DNA of 33,793 bases, from the NCBI GenBank assembly GCA_029861655.1, contig JAOTZA010000002.1, positions 1-33,793 on the forward strand. Reading direction: 5' to 3'. The notes beneath the pieces are model-generated. The model saw nothing but the letters and a program-made list of their open reading frames with translations, was not told the DNA's origin and searched no databases. This DNA comes from Acidobacteriota bacterium (lineage in GTDB: Bacteria > Acidobacteriota > Thermoanaerobaculia > Multivoradales > JAHEKO01). Shown piece by piece: positions 1 to 9,201 of this stretch (within the stretch, counting starts at the first letter, position 1; every line of letters begins with the position of its first letter). Made by a program: the position numbers and the translations under genes.

Positions 1-309
1 AGCGATCGCGGTGAGGGCAACGCCCAGGGCAGCAGTCAACCAGCCGATGACGGCCAGCAACCTCCGGTGGTACCGAACGTCAAGGGCGAGGTAGATCGTC
101 AGGACCCCGAACAGCGCGTAGACCGCTGACAGGGAACGCGTGAGGTACTGGATCAAGGGTGTGTTCTCGAGCGGTCCGAGCCCCAACCAGTCATTGCCGA
201 TCTGCATCCAGGTGAACGGCATGACCATCGGCACGACGGCCAAGGTGGCCGTCACGCCGAGGAAAAGGAGAAGCCGTTTCAGAACTTTTTCGGCTAGCTC
301 GGGTCGCAT
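1..309 (-). CDS. Small integral membrane protein of unknown function, partial (3' end runs off the window)
   Basis: ATG at 309 followed by 103 sense codons open to position 1. Third codon positions are almost all G/C, as in the confident genes. The translation MRPELAEKVLKRLLLFLGVTATLAVVPMVMPFTWMQ...LLAVIGWLTAALGVALTAIA has 2-3 hydrophobic helices. It is absent from the ORF track only because it is unterminated. Confidence 0.55.
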   Translation of the reverse strand, partial: MRPELAEKVLKRLLLFLGVTATLAVVPMVMPFTWMQIGNDWLGLGPLENTPLIQYLTRSLSAVYALFGVLTIYLALDVRYHRRLLAVIGWLTAALGVALTAIA

Positions 310-368
310 GGCGGAAGAATAGCGTGGTGGCCGGGTGATATTGTGGCGAAGATTAAGAAAAACAAGGG

Positions 369-398
369 TTGACGGTAGCGGCTGACGCCTCCTAGCCT
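369..398 (+). promoter_or_regulatory. Candidate sigma70-type promoter TTGACG-18nt-TAGCCT, ending 6 nt before ATG 405 (near-leaderless transcript)
   Basis: TTGACG at 369-374 and TAGCCT at 393-398. There is no Shine-Dalgarno between the -10 and the ATG at 405. It lies in the divergent intergenic region between the 309(-) and 405(+) starts. Confidence 0.25.
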
Positions 399-404
399 GA
401 AACT

Positions 405-686
405 ATGTCCGAGATCCTGAAAAACATCGTTCTCTGCTCCGATGGTACGGGTCAGGCGGGAACCAAGGCCCGGGGCTCGAATGTCTGGCGGCTGGGGATG
501 GCCGTGGATCGACACGATCACGAAAGAGACGGGGAACTCCGCCGGCAGATCGTCTTCTACGACCAAGGCGTCGGAACCTCGGCCTTGAGTGTAAAGAAGA
601 CCCTGGGGAGTGCCTTCGGATATGGGCTGGCGGAGAGCATGTGCCATCTCTACATCCATCTCGCCAGGACGGCATCGCCCTCTTGA
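405..686 (+). pseudogene. N-terminal remnant (93 codons) of a DUF2235 / Tle1-like alpha/beta-hydrolase (phospholipase-effector fold) gene
   Basis: The translation ...IVLCSDGTGQAG...SNVWRL...IVFYDQGVGTS...GSAFGYGLAESMCHLY matches the N-terminal DGT / NV / Y-D-x-GVGT / G-x-G-l signature of DUF2235. That family is normally about 400 aa with a GFSRG nucleophile motif. Here the frame stops at 686, none of the three frames downstream encodes GFSRG, and the next gene starts at 808. Confidence 0.55.
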
Positions 687-807
687 AGGCAAGCAAGAAT
701 CGAGTTCGCAAGATGAGGAACCAGGGTATGGATATCTGGCGCCGGGTCTTCGATCGGAATGACTCGCTCGACGGGCTGCGGGGCTCGTAAACGGTAGCCT
801 CCGGCGG

Positions 808-1584
808 ATGGTCATTGCTTTCACTCGAGAGGTTAGCTCCAGTATCGGCCGGTGCGAGCTGACCCACCTCGAGCGCCAGCCGATCGACTTGGGGAAGGCG
901 CGCGACCAGCATAGAGACTACGAACGGTTTCTTTGGGACGCGGGCTGTACGGTCCGGAGACTTAAGGAAGAGGCCGAAATGCCCGATGCGGTGTTTGTGG
1001 AGGACATCGCCGTTGTTCTGGACGAGGTGGCGATCATCACCCGGCCCGGGACTCGTTCACGCCGCCGCGAGAGGCTGTCGATCACCCAGGCGCTCGAACC
1101 GTTTCGTCGCTTGGCTCGTATCCGAGCGCCGGGCACTCTGGACGGGGGTGACGTCCTCCGGATCGGCCGGACACTCTATGTTGGGCAATCGATACGCAGC
1201 AACGAAGAGGGCCGGCGTCAGTTGCGAGCGGTTGTCTCGGGCTATGGATACTCGGTGCGTCGTGTCGCGGTCGTCGATTGTCTGCACCTCAAATCCGCGG
1301 TGACCGTGGTCGCCGAGGACAACCTGCTGTTCAACCCCGGCTGGGTGGATGCGAACGCGTTCCAAGGCGTACAAGCCATTGCGGTGGATCCAGAAGAGCC
1401 CGCCGCGGCGAACGCCTTGCTGGTCGCGGGCCGGGTGGTCCTGCCGGCGCAGCACCCGAGGACGATCGAGCGACTGAGCCGGTCCGGTTTCGATGTCAGG
1501 CCGGTGGATGTCTCCGAGCTGACCAAGGCGGAAGGAGGCGTGACCTGCTGCTCTCTGGTCTTCGACGAGAAAGTGGCGATTTGA
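808..1584 (+). CDS. Dimethylarginine dimethylaminohydrolase-like (DDAH / amidinotransferase-fold) enzyme
   Basis: 258 aa. The motif order is typical of DDAH: ...QHRDYERFL..., PDAVFVEDIAVVLDEVAIITRPG..SRRRE, LDGGDVLRIG, C-terminal KAEGGVTCCSLVF (catalytic Cys). Confidence 0.75.
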   Translation: MVIAFTREVSSSIGRCELTHLERQPIDLGKARDQHRDYERFLWDAGCTVRRLKEEAEMPDAVFVEDIAVVLDEVAIITRPGTRSRRRERLSITQALEPFRRLARIRAPGTLDGGDVLRIGRTLYVGQSIRSNEEGRRQLRAVVSGYGYSVRRVAVVDCLHLKSAVTVVAEDNLLFNPGWVDANAFQGVQAIAVDPEEPAAANALLVAGRVVLPAQHPRTIERLSRSGFDVRPVDVSELTKAEGGVTCCSLVFDEKVAI

Positions 1585-1586
1585 GC

Positions 1587-3293
1587 CTACTCTTCGCCCA
1601 GGAGCAACTCTTGATGGACGATCGAGTCGATCCCCGATAATTCGTCCCACACCCCGACCGCGATTCTCGCCGGCCCGCCCCGGGCCACCAAGGTCATCAG
1701 GTGTCCGATCTCCTTGTCGAGCGCCTCCTCGAGCCGGGCTGCGGGCACCTTGATCGGGTAGGGGCTCTGCTGAACGTCCGAGACTGCGCCGTCTTGGTCC
1801 TTCACCGCGACATAGAGCCGCAACCGACCGCTGTATGACGGGCCGTTGGGCACCAGAGTAACTTTTGAAAAAGGCACCCGCACCAAAACCGGTAGGCGGA
1901 ACTTGTTGCGGCCGCTTTTCTCCCAGCTCCCAAAGTCCACCTGGATCTCCAGCGGGTTCTTGTCCACATCGAGGAGCAACGAAGAAAGCGTTCGATCGGC
2001 CATCAGCTCCGCGGCCGTCTTGGCGACATAGCCCGAGCGATGCCGCACCACCAGTCCGGGTGGCTTCACCCGCACCTCGATCCGCCGGTAGCGGTTGGAA
2101 TCGATGTCCGCCGGGCTGTATCCCAGTGAGTAGAAACTGTCGAAGTCGTCGGCCAGTCGGTCCAAGACCTTGTCGAAGTTGAAGGTCCCCAGAATCGCTG
2201 TTCCTCCCGTGGCCTCGGCGAGTTCGCTCAGCGGCTCCTGGAGATTGGCCTTGCGCATGTGAGCAAACGCCGTCGGTCCGGCGTTGCCGACAATGGCGGC
2301 GCCGCCGGTCGCCGCCGAGAGCCCCATCGTGGTCGGTCCGCTGGCGTCCAGGGTGTAGAAGGTCACCTGGTGAGCGTTGGCCTCGCGCACGATCTCCTCG
2401 AAGAGACTCGTCTGGTCTTCACCCAGGGCATCGCTCGAGGCGTGGAGACCGGCGGTGCGCAGCTGGCGGCTATCGAAGATCTCCTGAATCTGGGCGTAGA
2501 GGCCTTCACCAGGTCGCTGTGGCAACCCCTCGCTGACATACATCAGGGACTTGCGTCCGGGAAGACCGGAAAGCGAGCGCACGGTATCCCGCAGCAACCC
2601 GGTCGACCGTCTGAGCTCGCTCTGCGCCGACTCCACATAGCTGCGAAGGTGTTGGTAAGCGTCCCGAGGGTCGTCGTTCAAGGTCATCGACTTGATGGTG
2701 CGCAAGAGAGCCGCCTCATCGACCTGCCGGTGGGTTGCCGCCTTACGCATCTTGTTCAACGAGCTCGCCACCGTCACCCAGTCGCCGGTGAACGGTTGGA
2801 TCGCTTCGGCGCCGAGGAAGGCGCCGACCAGCATCACGCGGTCTCCGTTCCCCATAAAGCCTTGGAGAAATCCCTCGATGTTGCGGATCGCACGGTTTCG
2901 GCTTGACGGTCGCAAGTTGAAATGATCGATATAGACCACCAGGCTGATCGGGTGCTGGACTCCCGGTGGAGTCTCGGCGGGCGAGCTCTGCTTGTCGGTG
3001 GTCCGGCCGGGCTCGGGGCTGCTTTCGACTCGCCGGTCCCGATCGACGGCAAAGAAGTTGGTGAGCTCGACCGGCCGGCCGTCTTCCAGGACCTCGAAAT
3101 CGCCCCTCGTCAACCCGGTGACACGGCTGCCTTTCTTGTCGAAAACAAAGGCCTCGATGTTGACCACCTGGACATCCACCCGATCCACAAAAAGGGACGA
3201 TGGCGGTTCTTGCGCCGCCAACGGCGCAAGACCGAGACCCAGCAACAGCAAAGAAGGCGCTGAGCTCGTGAACCCGTTATGTCCGAAGATCAT
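1587..3293 (-). CDS. Secreted VWA-domain protein of the 'VWFA-related acidobacterial domain' type
   Basis: The N-terminus MIFGHNGFTSSAPSLLLLGLGLAPLAAQE is a signal peptide. It is followed by FVDRVDVQVVNIEAFVFDKKGSRVTGLTRGDFEVLEDGRPVELTNFF, the hallmark opening of that family, then a VWA-like core (VVYIDHFN...). I prefer the ATG at 3293 over the TTG at 3344 used by the ORF track. Confidence 0.75.
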   Translation of the reverse strand: MIFGHNGFTSSAPSLLLLGLGLAPLAAQEPPSSLFVDRVDVQVVNIEAFVFDKKGSRVTGLTRGDFEVLEDGRPVELTNFFAVDRDRRVESSPEPGRTTDKQSSPAETPPGVQHPISLVVYIDHFNLRPSSRNRAIRNIEGFLQGFMGNGDRVMLVGAFLGAEAIQPFTGDWVTVASSLNKMRKAATHRQVDEAALLRTIKSMTLNDDPRDAYQHLRSYVESAQSELRRSTGLLRDTVRSLSGLPGRKSLMYVSEGLPQRPGEGLYAQIQEIFDSRQLRTAGLHASSDALGEDQTSLFEEIVREANAHQVTFYTLDASGPTTMGLSAATGGAAIVGNAGPTAFAHMRKANLQEPLSELAEATGGTAILGTFNFDKVLDRLADDFDSFYSLGYSPADIDSNRYRRIEVRVKPPGLVVRHRSGYVAKTAAELMADRTLSSLLLDVDKNPLEIQVDFGSWEKSGRNKFRLPVLVRVPFSKVTLVPNGPSYSGRLRLYVAVKDQDGAVSDVQQSPYPIKVPAARLEEALDKEIGHLMTLVARGGPARIAVGVWDELSGIDSIVHQELLLGEE

Positions 3294-3468
3294 GGTGTGT
3301 TCGAAGAATGGGATGCAGTTCTCTTGCCGGGCCGCAACCGACAACCGAGATACTAAGGTCTCAGGACACTACGCGTCTTTGACCTGGGTGGATCGGCCAC
3401 ATTTCGGTTGGGGCGGCGGCGACGCTCAGATTGCCGCTTGTGGGCGAGAAACGGGTAGTCTCGGCGGC

Positions 3469-5115
3469 ATGACTCGAACGACACACCACCTGAGCCTCGA
3501 TTCTCTCCGGTGGGTAGGGCTTCTGAGCCTCTCGTGCATCCTGATGATCGCTTGCGGCAGGACCGCCCCCGAGGGCGACACCGTGAGTGAACGCACCGCC
3601 GCCGCCACCGAAGTGGCGTGGTTCGAAGGCACTCCGGACGAGGCGTTTGCCTACGCCAAAGCCAAGGGTAAGCCGCTTTTTCTTTACTGGGGTGCCGAGT
3701 GGTGTCCGCCGTGCCACTACTTGAAGGACAAGATCTTCCATCGGCCGGAATTTGTGGGGCGCTCACGAGAATTCGTGGCGGTCTATCTCGACGGTGATGA
3801 CGCGAGCGCCCAAATTCTGGGCGAGCAGCTGGATGTTCAGGGCTACCCGACGGTGATGGTCTATAGCGCCGAGGGTGAGGAGCTGCTGCGCATGCCGAGC
3901 GATGTGCCGGTTTCGCGCTATGCCGCCATCATGGATCGGGCTCTGCGTCTCGATCGGCCGGTGAAGGAGATCCTGGACGCGGTGCTTGCGGTCGGCCCAG
4001 CGCGGGCCGACGAGGCCGATCTGGATGTGTTGGCCTACTACTCCTGGGGTCAGGACAGTCAGATCGATCTGGCCGAAGAGGAGCGTCTGGAGACTTTTCG
4101 CCGTCTGTGGGAGGAGACACCGGGCGGACAGGTGGGCGTACGGGCTCGGTTTCTGGGTCTCTATGTCGGTGAGGCGGCAAGCCGCGCTCGCGATGCGGGC
4201 GAGGGGGATGAACCGTTGCTCGGGGAGGCGGAGCGCGTGCGACTCACTGAGGCGATGCTGGCTCTCCTCGCCGACCCTGCACTGTGCCGGGCGAATGTCT
4301 TCGATGTCACCTACGGAGCCGAAGGCGCAATCGGACTGCTGCAGCCCGAGCGCGGTACCGGGAGAACAGAGCTGATCGAAGCGTGGCGTACCGCGGCAGT
4401 GCGCTTCGAGAGCGACCAGGAGCTCTCCACCGACGATCGTCTGACCGCACTGGCCGCGAGTATCGATCTCGCTCGGCTCGAGACCGAAACCGAAGCCGAC
4501 ATTGAGGAGGCGCCGCTGCCGCCGTCGCTGGTGGAGCGAGCGCGAAAGCATGTGGAATGGGCCGTCGGATCGGTGAGCGGCGGCAGCGAACTGCAGACGG
4601 TGCTCAACACTGCGGCTTTTCTGCTCGACGAGGTCGGGCTTGCCCAGGAGGCTCAGGATCTTCTGGTGGACAAGCTCGACGAAGCGGAGGCACCGTACTA
4701 CTTCATGTCCTGGCTGGCGCGCCTCAAGAAAGACGGTGGCGAGACCGAGGAGGCGCTGACCCTCTATCGACAGGCTTGGGAGTCGGCCGGTGGGCGCTAC
4801 ACTCGCTTTCGCTGGGGTTCGACCTATCTGCGGCGGTTGATGGACTTGGCGCCCGAGCGCGCCGAGGTGATCGAGACCGACTCGCTCATTATCCTCGACG
4901 AGCTGCTGACTCACGATGATGCCTTTGCCCTCGGCAACGGCTTGCGTCTCGGTCAATTAGAGGAGGCTTATCGTGAGTGGAACGAGGACTCCACCCACGA
5001 TGGAACCGTCGGCCGCATCCGCGACCGCGTGCGCTCGGCCTGTGAGCGATACCCGACGGAGGGCGAGGACTCGCAGCGGGATCGCTGCCTGGGCTTTCTG
5101 GAGGAGGAAGCCTGA
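3469..5115 (+). CDS. Thioredoxin-fold lipoprotein with a long alpha-helical C-terminal domain
   Basis: I chose the ATG at 3469. It gives MTRTTHHLSLDSLRWVGLLSLSCILMIACG, a signal peptide with a lipobox Cys. This is followed by KGKPLFLYWGAEWCPPCHYL (a WCPPC thioredoxin active site) and GYPTVMVY. The upstream 159 codons of the track ORF overlap the antisense VWA gene and look non-coding. Confidence 0.75.
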   Translation: MTRTTHHLSLDSLRWVGLLSLSCILMIACGRTAPEGDTVSERTAAATEVAWFEGTPDEAFAYAKAKGKPLFLYWGAEWCPPCHYLKDKIFHRPEFVGRSREFVAVYLDGDDASAQILGEQLDVQGYPTVMVYSAEGEELLRMPSDVPVSRYAAIMDRALRLDRPVKEILDAVLAVGPARADEADLDVLAYYSWGQDSQIDLAEEERLETFRRLWEETPGGQVGVRARFLGLYVGEAASRARDAGEGDEPLLGEAERVRLTEAMLALLADPALCRANVFDVTYGAEGAIGLLQPERGTGRTELIEAWRTAAVRFESDQELSTDDRLTALAASIDLARLETETEADIEEAPLPPSLVERARKHVEWAVGSVSGGSELQTVLNTAAFLLDEVGLAQEAQDLLVDKLDEAEAPYYFMSWLARLKKDGGETEEALTLYRQAWESAGGRYTRFRWGSTYLRRLMDLAPERAEVIETDSLIILDELLTHDDAFALGNGLRLGQLEEAYREWNEDSTHDGTVGRIRDRVRSACERYPTEGEDSQRDRCLGFLEEEA

Positions 5116-5130
5116 CGTCGTAGGACGCGA

Positions 5131-6656
5131 TCAGCTTTCGACCAGGAGCTTCTTGTCGATCTTGCCGATAGCCGTCTTGGGTAGCTCTTCGAAAATCTCG
5201 ACAGTTTGTGGCAGCTTGTACTTGGCCAGTCGTTCTGCCAGGAAGCTCCTGAACGAGTCCTGAGAGAACTCGATGCCCGCGGCGATGACCAGACAGGCCT
5301 TGCCGACCTCGCCCCACTTTTCGTCGGGCACGCCAACCAGGGCAGCCTCGGCCACGCCCTTGTACGCGAGCATCACCGATTCGACCTCCGCCGGGTACAC
5401 ATTCTCGCCACCCGAGATGAACATGTCTTTGGAGCGGCCCTTGATGGTGTAGAAGCCCTCGTCGTCTTTGACTGCGAGGTCGCCGGTCCAAAGCCAGCCG
5501 TCCCGGATGGCCGCGGCCGTGGCCTCGGGTCGCTTCCAGTAGCCGCTCATGACGTGGGGGCCGCGAATCAGGAGTTCCCCGGCCTCCCCTCGGTTGACCT
5601 CGCCTCCCGCCCCATCGACGATCTTCATGTCGATGTGGAAGATCGGCATTCCGACCGAGGTCGTCTTGTCGCGCACGCGGTCTTTTGGGAGCCAGAAGTT
5701 GTTGCCGGTGGCCTCGGTCAAACCGTAGCCCATCTTGAAATCGACACCGCGACTCCAGAACCTCTGCATGATCGGCAGCGGGCAAGGCGCACCGCCCGAA
5801 ATCACCAGTTCGAGCTTGGAGAAGTCGGCTTGCTCCCAGCGCGGATCGGCCTGAATCATTTGGTACATCGTGGGTACGCCCACGTAGTGGGTGACGCCGC
5901 CCGTCTCGATCAGATCGAAGGTCTCGTCGAGACTGAACTCGCGGCAGAGGATGGTCGTGCCGCCGACGTGGACCAGCGGCACCATAAAGATGTTGGGACC
6001 GCCGACATGGAAGAACGGCAACTGGAGCGCCGCCACGTGACCGCCATGGATACCCCACGAGACAATCGTGTTGACGCTGTTCCAGGTGATGTTGCCGTGG
6101 GTCAGGACAGCGCCCTTGGGTAGACCGGTGGTGCCACCCGTGTAGTAGATGCCCCAAGGATGATCGAGCGAGAGATCGGGAAGGTCCTCGATCCGTTCGG
6201 GCTGCCCGTCACGCTCCGAGAACGAGTGGTCGCCGGGGCGGGTTCGCCGAACGCGATGACTTCACGGATGCTGTCAAGCGAGGGGCGCAGCTCTTCGACC
6301 TGCGAGCACCAGTCCGGGCTGTAGAACAGCACGCGCGGCTCGGCATCGGTTACGATCTCGCGCAGCTCGTGCACCGTCAGGCGCCAATTGAGATTTTGGA
6401 GAATGGCTCCGATCTTGCCAGCGGCCCAAAAGAGATCCACGAACTCCGGGCAGTTGGAGGAATACACGGAGACCAGATCACCCTTCTCGACTCCGAGCGA
6501 TCGCAGGTAGTTGGCGGTTTGGTTGACGCGCGCGTTCCAGGCGGAATAGGTGATCTGTGCCCCTCCGAGTCCCTCTATCAGCCCGACGCGGTCGGGGGTC
6601 AACCCCGCGCGCTTGGCAAGCCAGTCGGTGACGTAAGCGGATTCGTGTGGATTCAT
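5131..6656 (-). pseudogene. AMP-dependent synthetase/ligase (acyl-CoA synthetase family), reading frame broken once near 6231-6264
   Basis: The N-terminal part (6656-6102 frame) reads MNPHESAYVTDWLAKRAGLTPDRVGLI...ITYSAWNARVNQTANYL. The AMP-binding core reads in another frame: WGIYYTGGTTGLPKGAVLTHGN, then GYGLTEATG, WLWTGDL, ISGGENVYPAEVE, KTAIGKIDKK to the stop at 5131. The start ATG overlaps the upstream stop (ATGA at 6653-6656). Confidence 0.85.
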
Positions 6657-7696
6657 TTCTTTCCCCACTGCACGATGCCGGCACCCCAGACATAGCCGAT
6701 GCCGGCTCCGAGGATCACCATGAGATCGCCGTCCTCCAGCGCGCCGGTACGCTCACCCTCGATCATCGAGAGGATCGCGTCCTGCTCCCCGATGTGACCG
6801 ATGTGGCCGAGATAGACAGACTGGTCCTTTGAGAGACCGAGAAGCTCGAGAATCTGTGCGTGCGCCGAGGGCTTGACCAGGAGCATGTTCAGGTACCCGA
6901 GGTCGTCTCGGTCGTAGGGAGATCCGTCTACCTTATTTCCCGACTTGGCAAGAGCCTGGTCGACGCAGCGCATCCAGTTGTCGATCGAAACGTCCCCGAG
7001 CCGGCTCTTCATCGCCTCCGGCTCGACCAGGTCGAATTTGAATCGACCTGCCGCCACCGCCTCGTCGCTGGGGTGCTCGAGGGTGCCGCTCGCCGGCACG
7101 ACAACGTGGCGACTCATCGAGCCATCGGAGATCAGGTGGGTGCCGAGAACCTGGTTCTCCGGCCAATCGCGCCGCACAATGAGCGCTCCTGCGCCCGCAC
7201 CGATGTTGAACAGGAACGACGTGCGCGGGTTCGAGAAATCGATGAAGTCGGCGACCGTGTAGCCGCCCGCGATCATGACGGTCTCGACCGACGGATCCTC
7301 GCGCATCAGGGCGCGCGCCAGCTTGAGGGCCGCGATCGTGGTGGCACAACGCATGTGGACGTCCATGCCCCAGGCGTTGATCGCGCCGATCTCTGAAGCC
7401 AGGTCGATACCCGCTGTCCACAGGGCGTACTCCTTCCACTCCTCGGTGGTGCAGAGCAGGACATCGATCTCCTTGGCGTCCATACCCGCTGAGTCCAGGC
7501 ACTGTTTCGCCGCTCGCGCGGCCATCTCGTTGGGATGAACGTTGGGGTCGGTGACGTGTTTGCGCTCGATGCCGAGCTTTTCGCGGATCACCCACTCCTC
7601 CATCCCGCTGGCCTGGGCGATGTCGGCGGCCGTCATCACCGTCTCGGGCAGGTACATCCCGGTGGCGACGATCCCCATGGTGGAGGTTTCGGTCAT
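6653..7696 (-). CDS. KASIII (FabH)-like thiolase-fold protein, non-canonical active-site motifs
   Basis: 347 aa. The opening GIVATGMYLPETVMTAADIA is FabH-like and the nucleophile context is DVHMRCATTIAALKLA. The C-terminal ILGAGIGYVWGAGIVQW matches the FabH C-terminal glycine-rich strand. ATGA overlaps occur at both ends (7693-7696 and 6653-6656). Confidence 0.8.
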   Translation of the reverse strand: MTETSTMGIVATGMYLPETVMTAADIAQASGMEEWVIREKLGIERKHVTDPNVHPNEMAARAAKQCLDSAGMDAKEIDVLLCTTEEWKEYALWTAGIDLASEIGAINAWGMDVHMRCATTIAALKLARALMREDPSVETVMIAGGYTVADFIDFSNPRTSFLFNIGAGAGALIVRRDWPENQVLGTHLISDGSMSRHVVVPASGTLEHPSDEAVAAGRFKFDLVEPEAMKSRLGDVSIDNWMRCVDQALAKSGNKVDGSPYDRDDLGYLNMLLVKPSAHAQILELLGLSKDQSVYLGHIGHIGEQDAILSMIEGERTGALEDGDLMVILGAGIGYVWGAGIVQWGKK

Positions 7697-9201
7697 CCGC
7701 TCGCTTGCCGCTTGCGAAAGGCGAGATGAAGGATTCCACCGACGAGAGTCGCGGCCACGATGCCCAGCGCCGTCGAGATTCCGGGGTTCTTCACCGTGAC
7801 GCCGACGTAGTAGGGGAAGTAGTTCTGGCCCGTGTAGTAGAGAGCGAAGTGCACCACGACGGCCGTGACCGCGGCGGCGACGACCGCGACACGGGGCGTG
7901 TCATGAAGAAACGTGCCGAAGAGTACCGGGACGAACGCCGCCGCAAAAAAGGCGTAGACACCCAGCTGGGCGAAGATGATCACGCTCAGGTTGGGTGACA
8001 CCAGCTGCCAGTAGGCCAGACCGAAAGACACGACGGCAAGACCCGTGATGACGACGCGGTTGAGAATAAACAGGTAGTGGTCCGTCAGGGATCGTCCCGT
8101 GACCCAGTCGTGGATGGTGTGAATCAAGTCGTTGGTGATGATGATCGACATCGACTGAATCAGGCCTTCCAGGGTCGACATACCGGCCGAGATGAGACCG
8201 AGAAACACCAGCACGCCGACAAACCAGGGAAACTGGGTCACGAGATAGACCGAGGTCACGCTGTCCGGGGCAATCGCCTGGCCGTTGTGAACCAAATCGG
8301 GGAACTCGAGCCGGGCGTAGAGACCGACGAGCACGACCAGAAAGAAGAGCATCTGAACGATGATTCCCGCGACGAGATAGCGGTTGACGTCCCGCTTCTT
8401 CTTGAGCAGGAGAGACTTGGTGATGATGTGCGGTTGGCACACGATGGCCATTCCCACGACGATGGTGCAGAAGATCACTTCGAAGCCGTCTCGAAAGAGC
8501 GGGCTCGCGGTGTTGAACAGCGTGGCGAGATGGGGGTCGACGGTTCGCAGTCTCTCGACGAAGCCGCCCACGCCTTGCGCGAAATGCTCGTAGCCCGAGC
8601 CCAGCAGGATCACCGCGACCACCAGCATGATCACGCCCTGGATGGTGTTGGTATAGACCATTGAGTTGGCGCCGCCGAACATCATGTAACCAAACGAGAA
8701 GGCGACCAGCGCGGCGAGCACCAGGGTCTCGTTGAGACCCAGCGAAGCCGCAATGACCTTGGTCAGACCGACGAGGATGAGCACGATGAAGGTGACCAGC
8801 AGTAGAGAGAGGATGGCAAAAAACACCGCAAAGCCCTTGCTCTCATACCGCTGTCCGACCCATTGCGAGAGCGTCAGGGCCTTGACCGACTCACCGTACT
8901 TTCGAAAGCCCTTGGTCAGCACGATCAAGGAGGCGAACATCGAGATCGGCAGCACGACGCACAGGCCAAAGACTGCGCTGAGACCGAAATAGGCGACAAG
9001 CCCCGGGTTGATGATGAAGGTCGCGGCACTGGTCGTCGACGCGGCCAGGGCCAGACCCACCGCGATCGGCGAGAAGGCGATGTTGCCTACCGCGTAATCG
9101 GCGACGCTCTTGTTGCGGCGAGCGCCGCGCACGACCAGGACGATAATGGCGGCCATGTAGGCGAGTACGAGCAGCCAGCTGGCGATGATGTTGATTTCCA
9201 T
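7693..9201 (-). CDS. Sodium:solute symporter (SSS/SLC5) family transporter
   Basis: 502 aa with about 13 hydrophobic helices. The N-terminal ...RRNKSVADYAVGNIAFSPIAVGLALAASTTSAATFIINPGLVAYFGLS is typical of SSS permeases. Confidence 0.8.
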   Translation of the reverse strand: MEINIIASWLLVLAYMAAIIVLVVRGARRNKSVADYAVGNIAFSPIAVGLALAASTTSAATFIINPGLVAYFGLSAVFGLCVVLPISMFASLIVLTKGFRKYGESVKALTLSQWVGQRYESKGFAVFFAILSLLLVTFIVLILVGLTKVIAASLGLNETLVLAALVAFSFGYMMFGGANSMVYTNTIQGVIMLVVAVILLGSGYEHFAQGVGGFVERLRTVDPHLATLFNTASPLFRDGFEVIFCTIVVGMAIVCQPHIITKSLLLKKKRDVNRYLVAGIIVQMLFFLVVLVGLYARLEFPDLVHNGQAIAPDSVTSVYLVTQFPWFVGVLVFLGLISAGMSTLEGLIQSMSIIITNDLIHTIHDWVTGRSLTDHYLFILNRVVITGLAVVSFGLAYWQLVSPNLSVIIFAQLGVYAFFAAAFVPVLFGTFLHDTPRVAVVAAAVTAVVVHFALYYTGQNYFPYYVGVTVKNPGISTALGIVAATLVGGILHLAFRKRQASG

